Source: the human T2T-CHM13v2.0 reference genome, Homo sapiens. Taken from it: a stretch of 64,000 bases of DNA. The notes under the pieces were generated by a model. It saw only the letters and a list, made by a program, of their open reading frames with translations. It was not told the DNA's origin and did not search any database. A program made the position numbers and the translations under genes. Location: assembly GCF_009914755.1 (NCBI RefSeq), contig NC_060935.1, one strand, 5' to 3'. Position 1 is the stretch's first letter. Every line of letters starts with the position of its first letter. Below, piece after piece: positions 49,442-63,059 of this stretch.

Positions 49442-52400
49442 GAGAGGTCCTTTATGGACCTGTCCCTGCTTGAGTGTCTTTTAATGTCTTTGTCTTCCCA
49501 GACTAGGAGTAAAGTCTTTGCATTTACCCAGTTCTTATTCAGCTTGGACAACTGAAACACTGAAATGGAAAAATAATGCATTTGTTTTGAATAGTCTAAT
49601 GGCTACTCAAAATCTTTTAATTTACATAAGAAGGAGCTGAAGGTAGGTGCAAAGTACAGAAACACACCCAGGCAAACAACAGAACTTTAGCTTTGGAAAC
49701 TCTACTGCCCAGGTTGCTTTGGCAAAATCCCCACTGCTCAGATTATTCCTTGGCAGTAGTTAAACCTCAAATACTTGGTTTTGAATGGATTAGCTCAGAA
49801 CTCCAAATGAAAATGCAGGGACATTTTAGAAAAGAGCCATTAAGCATAATCCCAGATCAGCAAGCCTGGATCAACAAAACTGATTATCCTGCTGTTGAAA
49901 TAAAAAACACAAATCACCAAAACAAAAGCAAACCAGAAAGAAAATCCAGTATGTTGGTGGGAACTTTTCCCGTTGAGTGGAACAGTTACAACCACCACCT
50001 TGCCTCCATCTCACCGCAGCCCCTCAAAATGTTCATGTACACAGACGATGTGGACCCACAGAAGAACTCAAGCAAACTTTGAGGAGATTGAGGCCTGTGA
50101 AGAAAGCACAACTGGCCATCATCCATTCTGCTGAGATGGCTTAATAGACACCAGCTGACCACACTGAACATCCTGGGCTCCTTTCCTGATGTGGGCATTG
50201 ATTCAGACACATGACTTCTGGATTCTTGTCATATCTAATCTAATGCAGAGCCACAGAACATTTTCAACCCAACAGCAGATAATTGTAATGAAGTGATTCT
50301 GGCCAAGAGGGCCCATTTGTAATAATGAATTCAAATCAGATTCATGGAAGCTATAATTCAACCATAGTGAAGAGCACCTTCATTTTCCATATCATCTCTC
50401 TTCCAAGAGGGCAAAATAACTCAATATTCAAATAATTATTTTTGCTTTTCAAGTAACCCTATGAAGTAGTTATGAGGAGGATAATATTGCCTCACTTACA
50501 GAAAACGAGTTTCATCCACGTTCAAAGCTTCAGTGTCTTCTTTGGCACAGCACTTCCTAATGTCCCTCAGAGCAATCAAAGACCTGTCACAACAAAACTG
50601 ATATCCCAAAGGAGGAAAATCACTCTTCTCTGAGCTGTGCAGTTTTTCACTGGGAAAGTGAAAGGCAGGCCCAGGTTTCGTGACTCCTTTGCTTTTCCTA
50701 GTAGGTCTCTGGCCTCCTTATGGGACTTCATTCAAGATTTAGAAACAGATTCGAGATAGTTTGACCCAGGACAACCACATTAAAAGAGCTTTCGTGTGAT
50801 GGGCATGGGTATCATTCAGTGTTTTTTGGTGCAATCTAAACATGTGATGCGCTTGGAACACTCAGTTCCCAGGTAATGAATCCCTAATGAATGTCTTTAA
50901 GGAGGCAAAAGAGTAAGAAACCACACTTAAGAATTACAGCTTATACAGCAAAAAACACCACCAAATAAAACATGGTATATTTATCTGGGGTTGAAGCCAT
51001 GGGCTTCTAGAAACTGAAAACATGGACTCTCCCTCAGAGTACTGACAAATCAGTTGTTTGTTAAGATGGGAACAGAACTCTTCACCAATACAGCAAAAGA
51101 GTGAAAACAAAAGGAGAGAGATGGGGACACACAGAAATTTGCAGAAGATGTTTATTTTCTTTTAGGAAACACTGTGGTAGCAGTGAAATCAAAACCTTAA
51201 AAAATCAAGGAATAAGAAGACAAGTGATAAAGACAAAAAAGAAAGAAAATAATGAGTAATAGACGAAAGTATACATTATGGGAGCATCTGATAAAAATGA
51301 AGGAAGAAAATAATAAAAGAGAAGATGACATGAGCTAAGAGAATGAGGATTTAAAGAGATTAAAATGTAGATAACGTGCTGAATTTCCCTATTCTGGGGT
51401 AAATGTATAGAAGAGACGCAAAATCAACATGATACATGTGCTTACTTAAAAAAAAAAAATTACGCCATGCAATCAGATAACAGATAACAGTTATGCTAGA
51501 ACATGTAAGTTGTTCTTTTTTTCTGCAAAGAACAAAAAGCAACTATTCAGCTTTTCTTTTTTTATTCCCATTCCCATTCCCAAGCCCAGCTGCTCAACAT
51601 TAGAATTGAAGATCATGAAAACAGGCCAACAGCTAATAAAAAATTGGTAGATGGAAGCTGGCCCTCTGCTGGTGGAATAGTCTTACTGCATCTCAGAAAG
51701 CAGAAAGCTCAAGTTTTGAAGTTTCTGGTTTAATTTTGGGGGACAGGAAGAGGACAGAGGATTCTGGAAAATTCACGACTGAGATCCTATTCAATGCTAG
51801 ACCTCTTTGCCCCCAGTGGCACATTAGATGGTAAAGAGGTGTGTGGCAGCATCAACATCCCTGAACACTGGTAATATTTACTGACATTTTCTTGGTTAAC
51901 ATGTATTATAACCCGTGTGCTGCTTATATCTTTAAGCCAACTAGCTCACTGCAAATGCGTATTGGGAAATGTTCCCTGATTCCTCATGGGACCTTCTTTG
52001 AAGCAATGAAGTAGGGATATTACATTCTAGTCTGGGGCAGGCTGAGTGGTACCCACATGGCCAGGAGGACTTTTCCTTCACATCTCCAGGAAGGGCCTCT
52101 CTATTCTCCTTTTTTCTCCATTTGCTTTGGGCTTCTGAGAAACAGCACACAGGATTCTGGGACCTGTTCTCTAACTAAAAAGAAGATCCAGCTAAGTATC
52201 ACCCAAAGTGGCAGAATCCAATCTTCACCCTTGGGCTTAGAAAAAGAATTCTGGTGTCCCAGAGACAGGTCTTTCCTCCTCCAGGGAGAGGCTTGTCTAG
52301 ATGCAGGAAAGGCTCCACCAGAAAAGCCAAGGGAGGAACAGGAAGAACCCCCACCGTCACACTGTCCTAGGGGAAGCCAGGCATTTTGGCTGCAGAATCT

Positions 52401-53356
52401 GGGTCAGGATGTTTTATTGTCACCATAACCATCAAAGTCATAGGCAGGGCAAATGCATTCGCCCTGTGTACATTGTGAGACATAGTTAAGCTGGGACGTC
52501 CCTGAATCTGTCTCCTAGGACCAGAACTGCCTCATTAAAGGGATAAAAGATGATATCTGCTGAGCTGGTGGAAAGTGGTGGCTGCATTTTTATTAAAGTA
52601 TCTGCTGCAGCAAGTCCAGTCCCCAAAGGTTCATATTCCAAGATTCTCCACCTCTCTGCCTGGAGCATGCAAGTGATTCTCTGTAACTCATTAAGGTAAA
52701 ACAAAAAGCTCTCCTATTGTGCTTTTCACACAGAAGTGATGTTGTTGCATAAAAGCTACATGTTTCCTTTCCTTGGACCCAGTCTGCAAAAATAAAACTG
52801 CTGTCATAATTTACAATAGGGACCCTAGGAGCACTACACCAGGTTTGGCACGAGTGCTGGGTCTTGAGGAGACTCATAACAGGCCGTGGGCTGACACTGG
52901 TAATTCCACAGCCTCACATTTGAGGTGCATCTCTGATAAGGGCTAGCCTGGTGGTCCTGAGGACGATCCTGCCTCATCATGTACCTTCTGGCCTGTGACA
53001 GCCATCCAAGGGGCTCAGGCTAGCCCCCCAGTGTTTCAAACCCATGCACTCATGTTCTCATCACGGTGCCCAAGCAGGAGAGAATCTAGCCTGTCGTGGC
53101 TTCAAAGAACCATGGAGTCCCACACGTGGACTTCAAGGTTCACGCATAAGATCCTGGACCAGCATAGCCGGAGCACAGGACAAACCTGTCCAGGGGCACG
53201 GCAGTCGGCACGGCAGCACGCAAGCGGGCGCCCCTCGGGCCTGCACAAGGCCCACTCGCGTTCCGGTCCCCCATGGAGCCTTCTGCCCCCTCTTCCCTCC
53301 TCTCCCCAGCGACCACAGCCCAGGGGCTCGGCCCCCGCGGAAGGACAGCTCCCTAC

Positions 53357-53523
53357 CTGAGGGTGGCGCTCTCCCCCTGCCGGACCGTCACGTTGTCCAT
53401 AGCTTTGGGGAAGGTGGCATCTCCGCTGCGCACGGGCACTCCTGTGGGTACAAGGAACAGCAGCCTGAGAGACACGACCACGAGGCACTTCCAGGGCAGG
53501 AACAGGTACCCACAGACCCCCAT
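53357..53523 (-). CDS. OPCML: First coding exon (promoter 1b isoform) of the IgLON cell-adhesion molecule OPCML/OBCAM: signal peptide plus start of Ig domain 1
   Basis: ATG at 53523 (plus-strand cat 53521-53523). 167 nt = 55 codons + 2 nt, ending at the donor AG|GTAGGG (GT at 53356-53355). The translation matches the recalled N-terminus of OPCML, which NTM shares. OPCML is preferred because it is the minus-strand gene of the pair; the peptide alone cannot separate them. Confidence 0.88.
53442..53462 (-). other. Internal 3' splice acceptor for the distal exon-1a isoform; defines an 85-nt shared exon at 53441..53357
   Basis: Minus strand reads CTGTTCCTTGTACCCACAG|GAGTGCCCGTG: pyrimidine-rich tract plus CAG, phase 1 inside the Gly codon. 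IgLON 1a isoforms are known to join at ...GVPVRSGD. Confidence 0.8.
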
Positions 53524-54079
53524 TCTCGACAGCCACAACTTCCCAGGACTCCGGCAGCCGCACAGTCCTGGTCCCCCGCCCCGCGCACCAGCGGGCTCGG
53601 GAAGCGGTGCGGGGAGGAGGGAAGGGGCAGAGTTCGCCAGGAGCAGGGGGAAGGAGAAGAGAGGAGTCCGGGCTCTCCGGAGTCTGAGAATTCTTCCTCA
53701 GATCCTGCCTCAGCTTTCCAGCCTAGCAGAACCAGATGCCCCCTCCTGCATCCAAAAAGAGCTTTCTTGACGCTCCCCTGGGGAGGAGGGAGGCGGCCAG
53801 GAGGGGAGAGGAAGAAGCAAGGTGCGGGGATGAAGGTCACAGATTGCGCTTTCTCTGCCTCTCTCTTCGAGACGCTACTTTAAGATTCAGTTGGGCACGT
53901 TCTGCAGAGCTCTCGCATCAAAAGTTTATAACCCAAAGAAGAAGGCAAGTGTCTCTGACATACAGGAGCTGTCATAAAAAGCTGCGGCTTCAAGGAGAGG
54001 AGGAAATGGTTTATTAGATCACACACATGGACAGATGTACGTGTCCCCCAGCCCCAGGTCTCGCATCTGGAACCCCAAG

Positions 54080-54930
54080 GCGGTAAAAAGTTCCAAGGCG
54101 GGGACGCGCAGCCGGCGCAGCCAGGGTCGTCCGGTCGGTGGCCGTCCTCTGCAGCCCGGTCGGCGACTCGCGGCCAGCCGGGGGAGCGCCGCCCGGCGCA
54201 GGCTCCGGGCGCACGGGGAGCTGGGCGGACGGCGGCCCCCGCCTCCTCCGGGGACGCGGCACGAGACGCGGGGACGCGCGGACGCCACGCTCAGCGGCCG
54301 CCCCCGGCCTCCGCGCCGCCTTCCTCCCGGGAGCAGCCCCGACGCGCGCGGGCCCGGACCGCCGGGGTTGTCATGGCAGCAGCTCCATCCCTGACCGCCA
54401 CTTTCTCCCGGTGCCGCCTCGGAGCGAGCGGGCTCGCGGGCGGCGCGGACTGCGCGCTCATCCCGACGGGCGGGCGCCCACCTTAACCTCCGCCGCGCCC
54501 ACCGGGCTGGGGATGCCTGCGGGGATGAGCCCGCACCGCGCCCACTTCGCTCCGTCCCGACACCCGCGCCAGCGGAGAGAACGCGGCGCCCCTCGCAGCG
54601 GCTTCCCCTACAGAGGGGCGGGGTGGGGGGAGCGGGGAGGGAGAGGGGAGGGCGGGAGAGGGAGTTCTGGGGAAAGCAGCAAACTGAAAACTGACACTGG
54701 CACCTTCCCTCGCCGATGCCAGCGCAGAAGTTGACAAACCCCGCCCTGGAGAGCTGAACTACCCTGCCCACGCCAGATGGGGCACCGGTGTGCGTGTCCA
54801 TCGCGCTGCGAACGGCTCCCCGCCCAGCCAAGTCCAGCCCTGACGGCGCGCTGTCCTGGGCCCGCGCAGAGGTGGAGTGCACCCACCTCCGAGGACCCAC
54901 CTCGGAAACGCCCGTGCCCCTCCACTGGAC
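54080..54930. promoter_or_regulatory. CpG island, part 2 (upstream promoter of the 1b isoform), with GC boxes
   Basis: Extremely CpG-dense (cgcgcgcg, gcggccgc). GGGGCGGGG at 54615-54623 and further GGGCGG boxes. Confidence 0.9.
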
Positions 54931-55594
54931 GCCTGTCCCCAAAGTGGCAAATCTCAATTTCTCCTTAAAACACAGCATGCAACATTGTCCCTGTCCTACA
55001 CCTTATCGTGGTAAAAAGCAAGGGCTGGGAAAAACACACCAGATCCTAAAAAGTAGTAGGACTGATCCTCCTAAAACCCCTCACAGGAAGCGGCGCCGCA
55101 GTGGTGCTGGGAGGTGACTGGGGTGCTTTTGGAAGCCAGCCTCCCCCTTTCTTTGGTCTCGGATTTGTCTCTTTCTGCTCTAAACCCCAGAGCTCCGCTT
55201 CCCTTGGGCCCCTCGGGAGGCCCTCTCCGCTCCCCTGGCAGAAGCCTCCCCGTTGTATTCTAATTTAATGGTTGCTATGTGCATCTGCTCTACTGTATTT
55301 TCTCTCAGAGCCTTTTGTTAAATTAGACTGGGCTCTGCACAATTGGCAAAATGAAATTTAATTCAAAAATAAGCATTAAGCTCTTATCGTTTATTACTTT
55401 AGTTGCTGAAGGATACAAAGGCATACTACTTGCTTTCAGTTCTGAGAGAAGGAGCACAAATAAATACTGCCCCATTCCCCATTCTAAAAGGGTTAGCCCA
55501 CATATATGTGTAGGTCTAAAATTTTTAATTAGAGCATCTTACCTAGAAGGGAGAATACTTATCACTAATTATATCAGCTATAGTGAAACATATA

Positions 55595-57070
<1,476 letters not shown>

Positions 57071-58237
57071 GGTTAGGTCCTTTCCAGAAAGCAGGTATGA
57101 CAAAGGCAGCAGTGGGGTCCAGGTCTCATCCATAAGCTCCCGAGGTACAAGGCTTTGGGGAGTTGTGATGCAGAGAGGAGAGGCTGGGGGCTCAGGGAGC
57201 AGCCCCACAACCTATTTTGGGATTTCCTACTAGCTTTCATGACACATGTCTTTTCTCAAGACTTGAGTGAACCCGGGTTTCCTGATTGACATTGTACTTC
57301 AACCTCTCAACTCTGAGTTCTAGTCTAGTATCACCAGACGGGAAAGGCTCTTTTTCATACTTTAATTTGTGTAAAGCTGAGAACCTGAGGCCGGGCTTAT
57401 GATTTTCTTCAGTTGCAGAGTTTGGAGCTTGAACACAGGTGGGTGGCAGCCGTGGAGTTGGGTCAGGCTGCCCCTCAAGGCTCGCAGCTCTGCCACTTGG
57501 TTGTAGGGCATTCAGATCCCTTCCTCTCTCCTGGACCTGCTGGTTCTATTGCTTCTCAAGAGACAAAAATGGAGCAGTTGCTAAATCAACTCATAAAAGA
57601 TTGCTTGAGACAGGAAGAGTTATTAAGGAAAAAGAGAAAGGCTAGGACAGCATGAGGTTCCCGATAGGAAAAGAATGGCTGAGGCAAGTAAAGAAGAGCA
57701 GCAGAGATGGGCAGAAGCGAGGTGTAAATTTTCTTAACAATATATAATAAGTCTTGCTCTTGCAAAGAAATAAACCAAGTATCCCATTTTGTTGCACAGC
57801 TGGCTCCCCTGAAATAAGGTATCTGGAGTCCTAAGGAAGAGGGCCTGTGTCTATTTCCTTCTGTAACAGCATTTCCTAGCTCAATATTTCTGAGTGAATA
57901 AACGGGCTCAACTCATGGGCTAGCAGATCAGAGAAATGACTGCAAAGGTCTCATTTAATGTTAATCTCTGTGAGCCTACAGTTGTGTGGGAGAGACTTCA
58001 TTCCTCTGTAGGACACTGCTGTGGACTAGTCTGTGCATTTATAGAATATAAGGCTGAGACCAAATTGAAATTAGAAACAGAAAATGAGCTGAGGTTCACA
58101 ATGAACAAGGACTAAGTAGTTTATGTCAGAACTTTTCTAGGAAATGCTTGGCTGAGTATCATGACACGGTGGCCCCTAGTGAAACCCTCTTAGATATGTG
58201 GAAACATATATAAAGACAAATTAACATCATGACTAAG

Positions 58238-58440
58238 AGTATCCCTTATCAGAAATGCTTGAGACCAGAAGTGTTTCAGATTTTGAATTATTTTAAATTT
58301 TGGAGTCTTTGCATTATACTTACTGTTGAGTATCCCAAATCTGGACATCTCAAATTCAATATGCTCCAGTGAGCATTTCCTTTGAGCACCATGTCTGTCC
58401 TCAAAAAGTTTCAGCTTTTGGATTTGGGATGCTCAACCTA
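58238..58440 (+). mobile_element. Tigger4a/MER46-like DNA transposon
   Basis: gagtatcccttatc...gaaatgcttgagaccagaagtgtttcagatttt...gggatgctcaacct. Confidence 0.75.
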
Positions 58441-58531
58441 TACTACTTTTGAAGTTATATTGTCTGTTCAGATGCTGACTTGTCATCTCTCTAGCTGCCT
58501 GGCTGGTACCCAGGAATACCTATCCCACCTA

Positions 58532-59122
58532 TGTTATAGGGTTTGAGGTTTCTTGAAATGTACCGGGCATGTTTTAAAATCAAGGCTGGTAAGAAGACAG
58601 ACACAGAGACGACTGCCTTGAAAGATGAGTTTATTCCTTACAGTTCCCAAGAGGAGGGGCACACCGTGCCATGCTGGACCACATGGGGAGGCACCAGGGT
58701 TGGTCAGGAGGCAGAAGGAGTGAGAGGAAGGCCTAGCACATGGTCTTTATTGTGATTTCCATGGGAATAAATAGGGGAGGCAAGGTAGGCAAACTTCAGC
58801 AAGCTTAGGATTGTAAAGTTTGAATATTTCTGGCAGGCTCTGTGTTACGGCAGTGGGGGTGGTTCTAGTGGTTCTGTACCTGGCCCTGGGGTGATCTAGG
58901 GCAAGGGCAATATTGATTTGGTGTGTGAGCATTAGATAAAAGAAATGTGTGGGGTATGGGTTTTGGATGGATTGGTTTTCTCATAAAGGGCAGGCTCACA
59001 GGCAAGTTTTTTATCATCTCTAGGAATTAGCTAGCCCTAGGAGGGACAGTCTTTCCAGAATTAGCAAGACCTAGGATATCAAAGCATCATAAAATACAGA
59101 ACATAAAAACCATAATTAATAT
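58532..59122 (-). mobile_element. Solo ERVL-class LTR (MER76/MER74-like)
   Basis: Starts TGTTA; reverse-strand AATAAA (gtttattc); cagttcccaagaggaggggcac...caccagggttggtcaggaggcag. Confidence 0.6.
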
Positions 59123-60109
59123 AAGGGACAATTAATGACATAATGCATGCAACATTTCACCAAATTACTTGGCACACTGGAAAATTTAATAATCATGAAT
59201 TATCGTTATGTAGCCAAACTCCCATTTTCACATGATAACGATTTGTGACATAAAAAAAGATGGGAGTGAAAGGTTATAAATGCCCTATGTACAAACTAGA
59301 GATTCTACTCAGACCTACAGAAGTCTCGTTTATGACAATTTGTAACAGAAAATGCAAAGTTGTATCCCGATTACAGGGCTGTAATGATCACAAGAGAGAC
59401 CACTGGCTAGCCAGAGAAAAGTAATTATGAACAAGCTTGAGAATAGGAATCCTTGCCAGAGGGAACTTTCTCAGGTAGGAGAAAGAGCTGCAAAGAAGGC
59501 AAAGAGTTGTAAAGAACCCTAGGGATTTCCAGGTCAGTATTCAGGTGACTCTAGCAACTTGAAACTGACAGGTAGTATCTGCAACCTGGAGAAGATAGAA
59601 TGCCCCAGAGAAGCTACATGAAACGTAAGGCGACCCACCTGGGAAAAACACCTGTAAAAAGTCTAATCACATTATTGCATTTCAAACTGGCTTAAGTAAG
59701 ATTGTAGGCCTATAATATTCCTATGTATATGTGGACTGTGTCTGGTGATGGAACGTAGCTCGTGACACTGAAGAGATGCATCCTGTAAGAAGCAGCTGAA
59801 CAATGGTGCACACAACTCAGGAACCCACAATTACGGAGAAAGACAAAGGGGAGGTGGGCCTTGTTGGGCAGCAACTTCTGTTCAGAACCTAAACTGAGCT
59901 GCCTGCTGAGTACTGCTGCTGCTTTGGGTATGGATGGATACTTCCAACCAGTATCCTGGGCTGTGAAAACTCTCTTGCTTGTGGCAGGACATTATCTGCC
60001 TTATAGTCTTTGACGGATCAGTCTCACACAGAGGGTGATAACCAAGACTAACAGTCAAAGAAAGAAACCAATTTAAAAATGACAAAAAATGTAACACGAT
60101 TTTTACTTA

Positions 60110-61030
60110 TTCATTTATGAATTTATTTACTAATTCTGTAAATATGTATGACACACCTATTTTATGTTGGACACTGTTCTAGGGACTGAAGATGCAGTAA
60201 TTAATGAGATCAGCTTTATTACATGCTTTTCTGCACGGGTGTGTAAGCAGTGTTGAAGGAGGGGGAAAAAGACCATAAAAAGTAAACAGATGCAAATATT
60301 TAGATTGTGCTACAAGCTATACATTAAGAAAAGGTGTGATGATGTTGGAAGAGCGAAAAATCAAATAGCCAGGGGAAGCCTCTCTGAAGAGGGAGCATTT
60401 GACCTGAGTCCTGACTGATCGGCTGAGTGAAGGTTGGAGCTGAGCAAACAAACACCATAGAGGCATATGGCAGAGGTAGCCCGCTAGCCCCAGCAGCAGA
60501 TGAAGGTGCAGCCGCGCTGGGCCTTGAAGGTCACAGTAACTGTTTTGGAATTGGCTCTAAGGGCAGTGCGATAACGTTGGAGACATTGCAGTGGAAAAGA
60601 GACGGGTTGTGATTGAAAAGTTTTGCACATCACTTTGACCGCTGTGTAGAGGACTAGATTGCAGGGGTACAGAGTAGAAGCAGAGGGCAAGACAGGAGCA
60701 GCAGAGGCCAGAAACGATGGCAATGAAGACAGAGAATGATGGAGAGGTGAGGGGTGCATTCCTGAAGAATAGTAGTTAGGACTTCCTGAGATTGGGGATT
60801 GAGAAAAAGAGAGCGATTGAGGAAGATTTGGGTAACTAGCTGCATTTTACAACTACCTGTAATGAGGATGATGCCAGAAGGAATGGGTTTAAGGAGGCAG
60901 GAATTGAAGAATGAATAAAGAGTTCTGATTAAGTTGTGAAGCTATCACCTCTATGAGACAGTCAAATGGAGACATCAGGACGACAGTGGGAGAAAGATTT
61001 GAAGCTTAGCATGGAGGACTGAGGGTGATG
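60110..61030 (-). mobile_element. L2 fragment
   Basis: (ttca/ttta)n start, gacacctat...ggacactgttctagggactga, cagggaagcctctctgaaga-like segments. Confidence 0.7.
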
Positions 61031-61642
61031 CTACTGTCTCATTGAAAGCTTGCTTTCCTAATTATCATAAAAAATAGTGGTAAAGCTCTGCTGTGTGCAT
61101 TTTTGGAAGGGGGCATATTATCCATGGAACCCTCAATCTGGATCTAGAGGCTCCTCTGCCTTTGTTCATAATTTGGAAATAGGTGCCTTCAGCCAACCCC
61201 GTGAGATGTAACCTATTTCACTCCATTTAGTTGTCTCTTAATATATCTCCTCTACTTGGTCACAACTCATCTTTTGAGAGTAGTCTCTAACATTGTTTGG
61301 AGATGAGGCCATGAAGTTATCACTGTTTTTAAGAAAACAGGAAAACGCTGCTCACTGACCCTCAATGTGAGTCGAAGGACCTGGGTTTAAGACCTCGGCC
61401 TGTTTTGACTTCCCTGCTGTGATCACCTGCTGTGATCTAGGTGGACTGTGTGCCTGCGCTCTAGAGTGCAGCAGGGAAGACTGGAGCAAACACAGGGCAG
61501 TCGGGCGTCAGTCCAAGCCCCACCTCTGCAGCTCACTCTGTGGGACTTTACACAAGCTCCTTACATTCACTCATCTTACAGCTGCCACCTCTGTAAATGG
61601 AGACCACCGTAGCAATGAATCTGTAGAGTACTTGTGAGTGTA

Positions 61643-61997
61643 TGTCTCAGTCAGCTCAGGCTGCCATAACAAAATACTGCAGACTAGGTGGCCTCACAGG
61701 AATCGGTTTTCTCACAGTGGCACAGCCTGCAAGTCTGAGATCAGGGTGCCAGCGTGAACATGCTCCGACGAGGGCTCTCTTTCTGGCTTGAGACAGCTAC
61801 CTTCTCGCTCTGTGCTCACGTGGGGAAGAAAACTCTCTCTGTTCTTAGAAGGCCACCAATTCTAAGGGATTAGGGCCCCATCCTTCTGACCCCTTTAACT
61901 TTAATCACCTCCTAAAAGCCCTATCTCTAAGTAGAGTCACATTGGTGCTCAGAATTTCAACATACGAATTTTGGGGGCCATGATTCAGCCGACATCA
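61643..61997 (-). mobile_element. MLT1 (MaLR) solo LTR inserted in a MIR (~61350-62075)
   Basis: ggctgccataacaaaatactgcagactaggtggc...aagtctgagatcagggtgccagc...ggattagggcccca...gaattttggggg. Confidence 0.85.
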
Positions 61998-63059
61998 GTG
62001 TTAAGTGAAATACTGCATGTAAAATAATTGGCATCATGCCTGGCACTCACTAAGTCCATAATAAATGCTAGTTATTACCGCCTACAGAAAGAGGCCTAAT
62101 TCCCCATTGTCACAAGTTTCTTCTCTGAAGTATCTCTGTGGGAAGATAAGCTGTACAGAGCAAGACACAAAAATTCCCAAGGTGTCCAAAGGCTTTTTTT
62201 CTGTGTGTGTATATAATAAAAGAAACAGGACAGGTTTTTCTCTGAGTTTGAAGAAGAGGCCACTTTAGGATTAGAAGTTGCCTAAAAATGAAAAGGCTTC
62301 TGTGGTTATTAATAAGCTTTTATTTTGCCCTGGAGGGGCTGTCCAGATGAGGATGGCTACTGGGGAATCTGGGATCACACAGAAATATCTGCATTTATCT
62401 AATAAAATTTGTATTCAGTTATAAAAGCAATTTCAAACTGTTATTCATAAATAAGGAAGACTTACAGCTTGTGTTTATCTGAGAGAAGATTGTACCCAGC
62501 TGTTCCATGTGTATATTAGGGAGAAATATAAAGTGAGAAGCCTGGGTTTGATGCGTATTTGTATGACAGAAACCAACCTAAGTCAGTGTGGACCCAGTGG
62601 AGTGGAGTGGCCGAGAAGACATGGTGGCTTAGCTTGAAGAAGGTGGCTCTCTGGGGCCCTCTGGTCATGGAGCTTTAGTGAACTCAAAATGTGTTGTGGT
62701 GAACAGAGTGGTAAGAATTGACTGGGGCTTCCGTTTTTAGGCTAAGAAAGTCACCAGAAAGGGAATTACACACCACAGAACACAACACTTTGGATGAGAC
62801 ACAAGTACTGTCCTCTAAAAAACCCAAACCAATCCCTATATGATAGCTGCTTGCACAATTAATGCAGGAAATCCATGTGGAACCTCGCTTCTCATTCTTG
62901 TTTGCACACTTCCAAAACTTATGCAAATACACATTCATTGGTTTTCCTAGTCAGCTGCTAACCTAAGGGCAGAATTCAGGCCCCTTAAATCCCAACCTGC
63001 TTCTCTTTTCTATCACAGACCACATCACATCCTTTTCAACCTAGAATGCATCTGCCTGG

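Larger units (their letters stand above)
53150..53640. promoter_or_regulatory. CpG island, part 1 (exon 1b and start of intron)
   Basis: High GC and many CpG dinucleotides against a CpG-depleted background. Boundaries estimated by eye. Confidence 0.85.

Noticed and set aside
55092-55112. REST/RE1-like motif (minus strand CCAGCACCACTGCGGCGCC) and half-sites at ~53345 and ~54850
   Set aside because: Spacing and the GGACAG core do not fit a full RE1; half-sites are expected by chance in GC-rich DNA.
53044-55117. Long ORFs on both strands (319, 279, 198, 165 aa)
   Set aside because: Low-complexity Arg/Gly/Pro/Ala translations, expected from stop-codon scarcity in a CpG island. No recognisable domain.
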